Translations under genes and position numbers: made by a program | Origin: Octopus vulgaris | Taxonomy: Eukaryota | Direction: 5' to 3' | NCBI GenBank assembly: GCA_951406725.2 | Contig: OX597815.1 | Location: 35,608,001-35,670,000, forward strand | Length of the DNA: 62,000 nucleotides | The notes under the pieces: model-generated | Database searches by the model: none | What the model saw: only the letters and a program-made list of their open reading frames with translations | Told to the model about the DNA's origin: nothing | Shown here: positions 51,533 through 62,000 of the stretch, piece after piece | Layout of the letters: every line of letters starts with the position of its first letter | How positions within the stretch are numbered: position 1 is the stretch's first letter

Positions 51533-52069
51533 GTTCTGATGGAAATGAATTTCATTTCCATAATTAGCATACAAAACTAAATCAATACTCCAAATTTGAA
51601 ATCAATTGGAACAAAATTGAAGGAATTGAAAAGTGAAAGCCAAACAGAGAAGATTCGAAATGGATGATTTTGTTGCACACTTCATGAGTAATACTAGCAT
51701 TTCAAAGCAGAAAGAGCATTCACCGAAGGCGATCGCTAATCCTTCCACGAAGGCTAAACCTTTCACTACAACGGACAACGACAACATTGAGAAAGAGAAA
51801 ATTGTTGCGTGAAGTTCCCATGAAGATCGTGCCACATGACTTTGAGAGAAAAATTAAGGTTAATTGTTTTGCCGTAAAAATGTGCAGACAGAAAGAGCAC
51901 TGAGTCATAGTCAGTCGGAAGCTTTCGAAATATGATAAAAACTTTTCTGAAAATGTGAGAGAACAAATGGTGGAACGTGGGTGGATGGCTACGACGTTGA
52001 GACAAAATGACAGTCGGTCATCGACATTAGTTGGGTCATCATCGCTGTGGGGAAAGGAAAAGCTTGTCA

Positions 52070-52256
52070 ACACAACAGCCGTTACCTCCACCGCTACCAC
52101 CATAATCACAGCCACCACCAGCAGCTCCACCGACATCATCACATCGCCACCAGTTCCACCACCATCACCATCACCACCACCACCACCACCACCACCACCA
52201 CTCGAATCACTATTAACATTATCACCAGCACCACCATCGATACCATTAAAATCAAC

Positions 52257-52290
<34 letters not shown>

Positions 52291-52625
52291 ACAGTGCCGC
52301 CACTACCACCACCATCACCACCACCACCACCACCCGAATCACAATTAACATTATCACCAGCACCACCATCGATACCATTAAAATCAACACCACCACCACC
52401 ACCACCACCATCATGATCATCAACAGTGCCGCCACTACCACCGTCATCACCAGCAAGACGAAGCATCGCAGAAGCAACTCCACAGGCTGGCATTAAATTA
52501 CTCACAGGCACGCTTCAGCACTACAAGCAGCGACACCACCAACACCACATCCTACGGTACTGCTACCAGCTCCACCAACACTATCGCCACCATGAAACAC
52601 CATAAAACACCACCACGCCTGTCAC
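52070..52625. repeat. CAC/CAT-rich low-complexity tract with an internal ~130-bp duplication
   Basis: cgaatcac.attaacattatcaccagcaccaccatcgataccattaaaatcaacaccacc occurs twice (~52200 and ~52335). Confidence 0.85.
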
Positions 52626-53014
52626 CACTTACTTGTCGGTAGGAAGCGGCGGCTCACTGTTAGGCAACGTTGGCCTTGACAGACACACCACATTGTTTGA
52701 TTATGTAAGAGGCCAGTGAATCAGATGTTTGTCACACTAACGTCACGATTGTCCTCACCACACGCACTCGTATGCGACGTATGTGGTTGGTTGTGAGCAC
52801 TTTATACACGCGCGCGCACTTCTAGGGCCTCATTGAAGCAGAACAAGTAATCTTCGAAGATAATTAAACTACGCTAGGTTCTCACAAAAGTTGACATATG
52901 TGAGAACGTACTGAATAAGTTATTTAGTTTGGAGAACACTCCTCTGTGAGATTTTTCCCTAACCACATTGTTCATGACTGAATACAGTCTGATTTGATGT
53001 GGGTGGATAATTTA

Positions 53015-53103
<89 letters not shown>

Positions 53104-53687
53104 ACACACAGAGTATACACATCACATGCGCGCACGCACACATAACATTACACACACACAGGTATTCTTTCTCAAACACAAGCATAAACTTACATAAATT
53201 GGTGCATACAAGCACCTATACACACACACACACATACACTAACATTTTCTTGTGTCCATAGAATGCATACACACCAAGACATGCCTATATGCACATATAA
53301 ATAATTATATTCACATAAGAAAAATTATATGCATAAGCTGATATTACCAGGCATTTAGTAGATAAAAACTTTCGCCAGAGAGTATTTTAATATCTAAGAA
53401 CAAGCAGGGATTACAATTCCAATAATTTGAGATAACTGAAATTTTTAGGCAATATCAATAATGTAGACGTGATCTTTAAAGCAACTTGTGAAAGTAACAG
53501 ACAGGTTTTGGTCTTATTAGACGTCCTTGGCATACCATATTCTATTCATTTTGCAAGTCTTAGACTGATTAGTATAGAGAGAAAAATACAAGGATTATAA
53601 TGATACAGTTTGGGTTGGTTACTGGAGTTCTGAATGTGTAATTCAAATACAACGGGGTCTTACATATAAAATGTAATGTTGAAAACG

Positions 53688-54190
53688 CAGGCATAGCCAT
53701 AGCCGTGTTGTAAGAAGTTTGCTTTCCAACCACATGGTTCTGGGTTCAGTCCCACTACAAGGCACCCTGGGCAAGTGACTTCTACTATAGATCCGGGCCG
53801 AACAAAGCCTTGCGAGTGGATTTAACGGGCTGAAACTGAAAGAACCCCAACCTCATTATGTGTATGTGTGTGTGTGTGTGTGTGTGCGTGTGTGTGTGTC
53901 TGTGTGTGTGTGTCTGTGTGTGTGTCTATGTGTGTGTGTGTGTGTGTCTGTGTATGTGTATGTGTGTGTGTGTGTGTGTGTGTGCCTTTGTGCTCTTGTT
54001 TGTCCTCCACCACCTCTTTACAACCGGTGTTGGTTTGTTTACGTCCCCCGTAATTCAGCACTTCTACAAAAGAAACTGAAAGAAAAAGCACCAAGTTTAA
54101 GAGACTTCTGGAGTCGGTTTGTTCAGTTAAACCCTTCAAGGCGATACTCCAGCATGGCCGTAATCCAATGACTTAAACAAGCGAAAGAGA
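53688..54190 (+). mobile_element. SINE family B, older copy with internal (TG)n
   Basis: ccgtgttgtaagaagtttgctttccaaccacatggttctgggttcagtccc...cagcatggccgtaatccaatgact. Confidence 0.8.
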
Positions 54191-54255
54191 TGCAAGTAGT
54201 AGACAAAATCTCGTTCTCATCTCCTGTCTTTGTCATTTGTTTTTTTGTAAATTCC

Positions 54256-54317
<62 letters not shown>

Positions 54318-54599
54318 GGAGATGTACTTGCATAGCGAGTGACTTGATCTGAGATCGTGTGCTGGAACGAAAACAATTAAGCGTGGAAGGTGTTTATAAG
54401 CCATTTAAGAAACACACAAAAACCGTTAGATTCACTTCAACATTTAAATTTAATTTGTCAAAATATTTTCGTCGCTTTGAGACCGCAACCTGTTCACTGA
54501 CAAAACTTCGTTCTGCATCTCAGAGTGCAGTGAATATATTGTCGTCTAAATTACGCAAAAATGAAAATAACACGGACATCTCATTTTAACAGATGTATT

Positions 54600-55320
54600 T
54601 ACCAAAATTATATAAAAATATCTTGAAATACTAAAGAGTAAATTTATTCAATAAAATCACCATTGGCTTCAACCACAGCCTCTAGACCACTTCAGAATTT
54701 CCTGCAACTCCACTGGACGGTTTCCTTGTTTAAATTGGTCAATGCTGCCGTAATCCTTACCGACAGTTCATCATTTGTGTTACAAAAAGTTTAATTGGTC
54801 TCTCGCTCAACTGCGCTCCACACATAATAATCAAGGGAGTTGCATTCTGGGGAGTTAGGTTGCCAGATGTTAGGGGTGATGTGGTCGAAGAAATTGTCTG
54901 ACAGCCATGACTGGCTTCTCTAGTTTGTGTAGCTTGGTGCAGTGTCCTGTTGCCACTCCTCCAGGCACTTAATGTCCGCCTCGGTATTGAATCTGAGGCC
55001 GTGAGGGAAGATGAATGGAGGCATAACGTCGCCATCACTAGTGATCACTCAAAACACCATCATGTTGACTGTATGTTTGATTTTTATCACTCTCAGTACA
55101 CGCACTGTCCTCAGATCGACATCCAATCACTCTGAAATGTTCATATTGAAGCTTCCGGTGCGAATGCCAAGCAGTACAGTATGTTGTTTCCAAATTTCTG
55201 GAAGAGTTAATTTCGTCATGGTGCTGTTTTTCTCACAGACAGTCCAACTGACCCTACTATACTGTGTAGTCAACAAAATCAAAAGCTAACAATGCGCATG
55301 CGTGAAATTAAAAATACAAC
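54600..55320 (-). mobile_element. Internally deleted maT-type (DD37D) Tc1/mariner element
   Basis: Manual translation VITSDGDVMPPFIF..QQDTAPS..(37 aa)..NSPECNSLDYYVW..LEAVVEANGDFIE*. The D-to-D spacing was counted as 37. Confidence 0.8.
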
Positions 55321-55344
55321 AACGCGAGGACGTGGAACAAGTAT

Positions 55345-56286
55345 AGTGTTACTGGGCGCTCATGAAAGGAAAGAAAGAAGGATTTAACGTTTCGAGCGGA
55401 GCTCTTCGTCATATATATAATGAAAGAATGGATATTACTAATGAGTGAAACGTAAACACACAAGAGATAAGTACAAGACAAAATTCCAAAAACATACGCA
55501 ATAAGTACAGGACATCACCAACGAGTGAAAAATACGTAGACACACGCGAGAAAAGTACAATGCAAAATACTAAAAGAAGATAATTCCTCATCAGTTGTCG
55601 GACTGTTTATTACTCCTATTTCATGCTTTTAATGACAATATAGGGACCTTCATAAGACAGCAGCATCCAGAAATTTAAAAAAAATTTTAATTTAAAAATT
55701 CATGGAAAGCCAGAGCTTCGAACGAATAAATAACGAAAGAGTGGACGTACAGAGTAAACAATCGACAAAGGGCTGTTAGGCCAAGACGAATCGTAATGAG
55801 TAATGCCTGGGAGAAATTTTATCAAGGAAATAGGATAACAGAAGGGAAGAAAATAGTAGAAGAGAATAATTAGAAGAGAAGAAAATAGTAGAAGAAAAAA
55901 ATTTCGAGAGTCGAGAAGAATTACATCCAACCCGATGAACGACCAGTCCAGAAAAGAAAGGGACAATAGAAATAGCCTGTAGTCACGTGTGAGTAACAGA
56001 GGTAGAGTGGAAGATGAACAAAAGAAATGATGAGGGAAAGAAACAAAAGAAGTGAGGAGAAGGGAGAAGGAACGACAGATAGTAGGGAGTGGAAGAAAGA
56101 CAGATAGGGGAAGCAAAGGTTATAGTGGGATAGAGAGAAAGAAAGAAAACAGTATGAAATCGCAGAAATTATGAATAAAAGTAAGAACTTGCTGTGGTCA
56201 AGGCTGCGTTGTTCTGTACACAATGTGTACTTTTCGTTTTATATATTCATAATTGAACGCCACGCAGTTTTGACCACAGTAAATTC
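55345..56286 (-). mobile_element. Penelope-like non-coding segment with hammerhead remnants and a short inverted 5' duplication
   Basis: Minus strand TGACGA-agagc-tcc-gctc-GAAAC-GTT (55381-55411), acagtccgacaaCTGATGAgg (~55590), CT-rich tract, tcacacgtgac, and an inverted repeat at 56185-56286. Confidence 0.6.
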
Positions 56287-56288
56287 TC

Positions 56289-56342
<54 letters not shown>

Positions 56343-56422
56343 GCATACCTCGTTTTACGTAACCCCGATTTACGAAACCTCAACTTTACGAATTGTTGAC
56401 GAGAAACAAAAACAAATGGTTA

Positions 56423-56451
56423 GTTACCATGGCAACGAGCGTCACTTCCGG
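56423..56451 (+). promoter_or_regulatory. RFX X-box plus ETS-type motif in the Tigger 5' leader
   Basis: GTTACCATGGCAAC (56423-56436) and CACTTCCGG (56443-56451), about 220 bp upstream of the transposase start. Motif match only. Confidence 0.45.
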
Positions 56452-57041
56452 CCTGGCAGCACTTGTTATCTCCAGCGATCGTCTGCAACTACTTTTTGGA
56501 TTTGAAGTGTGTCAGTGCCTGCCCGACTGGCTTCGCGCTAGCCTGCATTTTATCTTCCTTCATTCTATTCACTTCTTTATTTTTATTTTTATTTTTTACG
56601 CATTTTATTCTTTTGACTACCCTTGTGGTGGCTTCGAAAAGAAAGAATTCTGGAATGCAAAGCAAATATAAGAAGAAACGTAAAACAATTAATCTAGAAA
56701 TATAATACGGATTGATTAAACAACACGAAAAAGGTGCAACTTTTAAAGATTTATCAAAAAATTTGATATGGCTCCTTCATCTGTTTGTACCATCTTCAAG
56801 CCAAAAGAAAATTATTTCGATAAAGTTAAAGGATGTCATTCTCTAAATTCAACTTGGTTACGAAGAAGAGATAATGAAAGTTTAGTCTCACGCACAGAAA
56901 AACTTTTGACAGCTTGGATTAACGATCAAATTCATAGACGTCATATGCCACTTAGTCAGGCAATAATTGGTAGTAAAGCAATTTCACTTTTTAACTTGCT
57001 TAAGGATAAATCAGATGGATTAAATGAAGCCTTTTTAACAA

Positions 57042-58891
57042 GCAATGGTTGGTTCGATGGTTTCAAAAAAACAAGCAAATCTACACTTTTGCAATGGTTG
57101 GTTTGATGGTTTCAAAAAAACAAGCAAATCTACACTTTTGCAATGGTTGGTTTGATGGTTTCAAAAAAACAAGCAAATCTACACTTTTGCAATGGTTGGT
57201 TTGATGGTTTCAAAAAAACAAGCAAATCTACACTTTTGCAATGGTTGGTTTGATGGTTTCAAAAAAACAAGCAAATCTACACTTTTGCAATGGTTGGTTT
57301 GATGGTTTCAAAAAAACAAGCAAATCTACACTTTTGCAATGGTTGGTTTGATGGTTTCAAAAAAACAAGCAAATCTACACTTTTGCAATGGTTGGTTTGA
57401 TGGTTTCAAAAAAACAAGCAAATCTACACTTTTGCAATGGTTGGTTTGATGGTTTCAAAAAAACAAGCAAATCTACACTTTTGCAATGGTTGGTTTGATG
57501 GTTTCAAAAAAACAAGCAAATCTACACTTTTGCAATGGTTGGTTTGATGGTTTCAAAAAACAAGCAAATCTACACTTTTGCAATGGTTGGTTTGATGGTT
57601 TCAAAAAAACAAGCAAATCTACACTTTTGCAATGGTTGGTTCGATGGTTTCAAAAAACAAGCAAATCTACACTTTTGCAATGGTTGGTTTGATGGTTTCA
57701 AAAAAACAAGCAAATCTACACTTTTGCAATGGTTGGTTCGATGGTTTCAAAAAAACAAGCAAATCTACACTTTTGCAATGGTTGGTTTGATGGTTTCAAA
57801 AAAACAAGCAAATCTACACTTTTGCAATGGTTGGTTCGATGGTTTCAAAAAAACAAGCAAATCTACACTTTTGCAATGGTTGGTTCGATGGTTTCAAAAA
57901 ACAAGCAAATCTACACTTTTGCAATGGTTGGTTCGATGGTTTCAAAAAAACAAGCAAATCTACACTTTTGCAATGGTTGGTTTGATGGTTTCAAAAAAAC
58001 AAGCAAATCTACACTTTTGCAATGGTTGGTTCGATGGTTTCAAAAAAACAAGCAAATCTACACTTTTGCAATGGTTGGTTTGATGGTTTCAAAAAAACAA
58101 GCAAATCTACACTTTTGCAATGGTTGGTTCGATGGTTTCAAAAAAACAAGCAAATCTACACTTTTGCAATGGTTGGTTTGATGGTTTCAAAAAAACAAGC
58201 AAATCTACACTTTTGCAATGGTTGGTTCGATGGTTTCAAAAAAACAAGCAAATCTACACTTTTGCAATGGTTGGTTCGATGGTTTCAAAAAAACAAGCAA
58301 ATCTACACTTTTGCAATGGTTGGTTCGATGGTTTCAAAAAAACAAGCAAATCTACACTTTTGCAATGGTTGGTTTGATGGTTTCAAAAAAACAAGCAAAT
58401 CTACACTTTTGCAATGGTTGGTTTGATGGTTTCAAAAAAACAAGCAAATCTACACTTTTGCAATGGTTGGTTTGATGGTTTCAAAAAAACAAGCAAATCT
58501 ACACTTTTGCAATGGTTGGTTTGATGGTTTCAAAAAAACAAGCAAATCTACACTTTTGCAATGGTTGGTTTGATGGTTTCAAAAAAACAAGCAAATCTAC
58601 ACTTTGCAATGGTTGGTTTGATGGTTTCAAAAAAACAAGCAAATCTACACTTTTGCAATGGTTGGTTTGATGGTTTCAAAAAAACAAGCAAATCTACACT
58701 TTTGCAATGGTTGGTTTGATGGTTTCAAAAAAACAAGCAAATCTACACTTTTGCAATGGTTGGTTCGATGGTTTCAAAAAACAAGCAAATCTACACTTTT
58801 GCAATGGTTGGTTTGATGGTTTCAAAAAAACAAGCAAATCTACACTTTTGCAATGGTTGGTTTGATGGTTTCAAAAAAACAAGCAAATCTA
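57042..58891 (+). repeat. 49-bp tandem satellite, ~38 copies, inside the Tigger HTH-coding region
   Basis: Unit gcaatggttggtt(t/c)gatggtttcaaaaaaacaagcaaatctacactttt. First unit at 57042, last at 58850. Variation is essentially one C/T site and A6/A7. Confidence 0.98.
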
Positions 58892-59843
58892 AACAATGTA
58901 AAGATCCAAGGAGAATCGTCTAGCGGAGATCAAAAAGCCGCAGAAACAATTCCTCGCCAATTAGAAGATTTGGTTGAAGAAGAAGGCTGTCTCAAATATT
59001 TAATGTGGATAAAACGGGTCCATTTTGGAAACGAATGTCTTCAAGGATTTTTATTGCGAGAGAAAAATCTTCAAGGCCAGGATTCAAAGCTGCAAAAAAT
59101 GGGATAACATTGCTTCTGGGAGGAAATTTTGAAGAGGACTGCAAACTCAAGCTCATACTTAATTATCGATCTGAAAACACCCGTACTTTAGAAGGAATAG
59201 ACAAGACGAAACTTCCTATAATCTGGAAGCATAACAAAACAGTTTGGATGGCAGGAACTCTATTTGAAGATTGGTTTTCTTATCACTTTGTTCCCAAAAT
59301 GGAAAAAAATATTGTAAGGATAAATAATTCCTTTCAAGATTCTTTTGATAATGGATAGTGCTCCCAACCATGCTGCATTTTTAAAGCATCACCATCAAAA
59401 TATTAATGTTTTTTTTTTATACCTCCTAATACAACATCTTTATTGCAGCCTATGAATCAAGGAGTCATTTCATCGTTTAAATATTACTAATTCCTTTTCA
59501 CCTTTGAAAGACTCATCGGAGTGACTTATAAAGAAAATGGTTCTACGATTCAAGAATTTTGGAAGCGCTTCAACATCCTTGATGCAATAAAATTGATAAA
59601 GAAAGCATTGGATAAGATCGCCGTAAAGAACATGAAAGGAAATTGGAAAAATCTCTGTCCCAAATTAATTGACAATTTTGAAGGATTTGATAATCTTCAT
59701 GAAGGTCTTCAAAAAGAAACTGACACGCAAAGGAATCGAACTTAGAAATTTCACCTGAAGATATAAAAGAAGCTCTTTATGCTCACAGTGATGAAATTAC
59801 AAATGAAGAATTGCTAGAAATGAAGAAGTTTAAACGTGACAGA

Positions 59844-59984
59844 GAAGAAGAAGAAGAAGAAGAAGAAGAAGAAGAAGAAGAAGAAGAAGAAGAAGAAGAA
59901 GAAGAAGAAGAAGAAGAAGAAGAAGAAGAAGAAGAAGAAGAAGAAGAAGAAGAAGAAGAAGAAGAAGAAGAAGAAGAAGAAGAA
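59844..59984 (+). repeat. Pure (GAA)n, ~47 copies, in the acidic C-terminal region of the Tigger ORF
   Basis: Direct reading; transposase-like sequence resumes after it. Confidence 0.97.
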
Positions 59985-60485
59985 TGCCGGAGTGCATGAA
60001 ATCTTTGAGCAGCAAGGTGCCGATTTTGAAAGAAGCTCAACTGTTACTGCAAATTTAATGAGAGGTCATGCTTGTTATCGTGATATCTACTGTGAAATGA
60101 TGAAGAAATCTTTTCAACAAACAACTTTAGATAAGCTTTTAACGAAGAAAACTAATTCGGACCAAACAACAAAACAAAAAGAAACTCAACAAATGGAATT
60201 GACATGCTCTCAAGAGGCCCCAGTGACGTTAGACCCAATGGATACGAATTAAATTTCATGGGTTGAATATTTTGTTTTATAGGTTTTTCTATTTTTCATT
60301 CTGTAGTTTGTGATTATTTATATCTTAACCTTTTTTTTTTCAATTTTAGAAAGTTTAAGAATCAACTTCTTTAGTGGGAACTAATTAAAGGTATATTCAT
60401 TGTTTTCCATGGACGATAATACCCCAACAATACGAATTTTTGACTTTACGAATCTAGTCAGGAACGACTATATGTATATATGTAC

Positions 60486-60518
<33 letters not shown>

Positions 60519-60520
60519 CA

Positions 60521-62000
60521 CTAGCAGAGATACCCGGCGTTGCCCGGTTACATTCAATAGAAGAATTAGACTTTTCTGTTATATATATATATATGGATAC
60601 ACAAACACATACACACACAAATATATGTATATTAATATAAATACATGAAAGTACATGAATTTTGTTAAAAAAAAGGGGATCTTGTATATACCTCCTGGCT
60701 GTTGAGATTATAACACCTCGTTGTAAACAATGTTCCTTGTTTTTCCTTGTGGAGCATATACAAGAAGGTTTCTTTTGGTTCCTACTCTTGAGCAGCCAAC
60801 ATACAGTTGCCTATGCGAGAAGCAGGGCTCTTCCAAGAGAAGACCAGCTACAGAGAGGGTTTGACCCTGAGATTTGTTAATGGACATGGCAAAGCTGACA
60901 CGAAGGGGGAATTGCAGTCTTCTGAATGTAAATGGAATTTCTGCTCCTGATGGAGTAAGAGGAAATCTTGGAATAAAGACGTCATCACCTTTTCCACATC
61001 CAGAAAGAATGATCGCCTCGATAACGTGTGATATCATTTTCTTTATCACCAGTCGTGTTCCATTGCAAAGTCTTGGTGGTTCCAGATTGCGGAGTAGCAT
61101 TACAGGAGTTCCAACTTTAAGTGGTAATATGTGTGGAGGTAGTCGAAGAGGCTCCAGTGAATTGAGAAATTCAGGAGGATAGTTCACAACTTCATTTATA
61201 TCTGGAATTGTATCAACAGACTTGTAAGTGTGTCTAGTGCCGGGAAGAGAATGCATTAGCTGTTGATTAATTTTGTTAACAGCGACGTTTTTTGGAGCTA
61301 ATATGGCTCTTTCACACCGCCAATTGTGATTTTGGTAGTTTTGTGTGAAGTTGGGAAAGACTTTGTTTTTGAGGTCATCTACAGAATGAACAACAGAGGA
61401 AAATGACCACATGTTCCATTTGTCCTGCAGCATCGAGAGGCATCTTGCCTTCACCAAGTGTCAAAATGTCGTGTGCAAACTTTGTGGACATTTTGTCGCC
61501 TTGTAGCTGAGCTCTCATGTTAGTGGTGAGACTAAAGATTGCAACATGATGACATAGGGTAGAGGACTTTAGGCATGCTTGAACTTCATCAGCTCTAGTG
61601 CCTTTCGGAATGATAGGAAGAGTTTGCCTGAAATCACCTGACAACAGAAGCGTTACACCTCCCATTGGAGCCTGACAGTCACGGATGTCTTTCAGGGTTC
61701 TATCTAATGCTTCCAAAGCTCCCTTGTGAGCCATAGTGCACTCAGCCAGACAATTACATAACACATTTTAAGTACTTGTCCCTGATCTGAGCTTTTGTTG
61801 ATGTTGCATGAGAGGGAGTTTAAAAGTTGAGTGTGCTGTCCTGCCACCGGGTAACAAAGTAGCTGCAATGCCAGAGGAGGCTACAGCTACTGCAATGTCC
61901 TGATGCTACCTAACTTCTGCAAGGAGAAGCTTTGTAATAAATGTTTTTTCTGTCCCTCCAGGAGCACCGAGGAAGAAGATTGGTCCCTCGCGTTGGCGTA
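60521..62000 (-). mobile_element. Helitron 3' portion: PIF1-like helicase pseudogene and 3' terminus
   Basis: FFLGAPGGTEKT (mutated Walker A), VASSGIAATLL.GGRTAHS, LLSGDFRQTLP, RAILAPKN, GTPVMLLRNL, RLCNGTRL, QFPLRVSFAMSINKSQGQTL, QLYVGCSRV. Ends ccgggcaacgccgggtatctctgCTAG at 60521. Runs off the window. Confidence 0.95.

Larger units (their letters stand above)
56339..60460 (+). mobile_element. Tigger/pogo transposon (CENP-B-related transposase pseudogene) carrying two tandem expansions
   Basis: TIR-like caagcatacctcgttttacg. Translation: MQSKYKKKRKTINLE..; EKLLTAWI..PLSQAII.SKA..SNGWFDGFK; NVKIQGE.SS.D; MDKTG.FWKRM.SR.FI; DSAPNH..FIPPNTTSLLQPM.QGVI; ERS..V...YRDIY..QTTLDK. Confidence 0.92.

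Noticed and set aside
51720-52511. 263-aa Gly/Asp-rich ORF and the opposite-strand Pro/Thr-rich ORFs as a host gene
   Set aside because: Most of the length comes from CAC/CAT repeats. The unique part shows no recognisable domain or splice context. It remains unexplained and could merit a BLASTx.
57042-58891. CRISPR array or repeat-protein gene in the 49-bp array
   Set aside because: There are no spacers. The ORFs are frame-cycling read-through of a tandem repeat inside a transposase pseudogene.
59783-60252. Poly-E, poly-K, poly-S and poly-L proteins
   Set aside because: They are frames of the (GAA)n tract.

Overview
AT-rich eukaryotic DNA made almost entirely of transposon remnants and microsatellites. 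I found no convincing host-gene exon, rRNA, intact tRNA gene or CRISPR array. The tRNA-headed SINE families and dense (TA)n/(CA)n/(TACA)n tracts look like an octopus/cephalopod genome; this is recalled resemblance, not a database result. Decayed coding remnants include RTE, CR1/L2-type, R4/Dong-type and Penelope retroelements, Merlin, mariner, maT (DD37D), piggyBac and Tigger/pogo transposases, and a Helitron helicase. Most ORFs in the supplied track are microsatellite translations. The most notable observations are: (1) one SINE family stacked into older copies of itself at an identical internal nucleotide at two loci 45 kb apart; (2) a 38-copy, 49-bp satellite expanded from the CENP-B-type HTH coding segment of a Tigger transposase; (3) a 1.1-kb near-perfect palindrome beside a Merlin element, with Merlin TIR words at its centre; (4) a type I hammerhead-ribozyme fold plus Penelope-type minimal hammerhead remnants; (5) head/tail shuffling among SINEs; (6) Dong-like LINE 3' ends that repeatedly abut AC-containing microsatellites. 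Coordinates were read by eye, and element ends may be off by a few to tens of bases.
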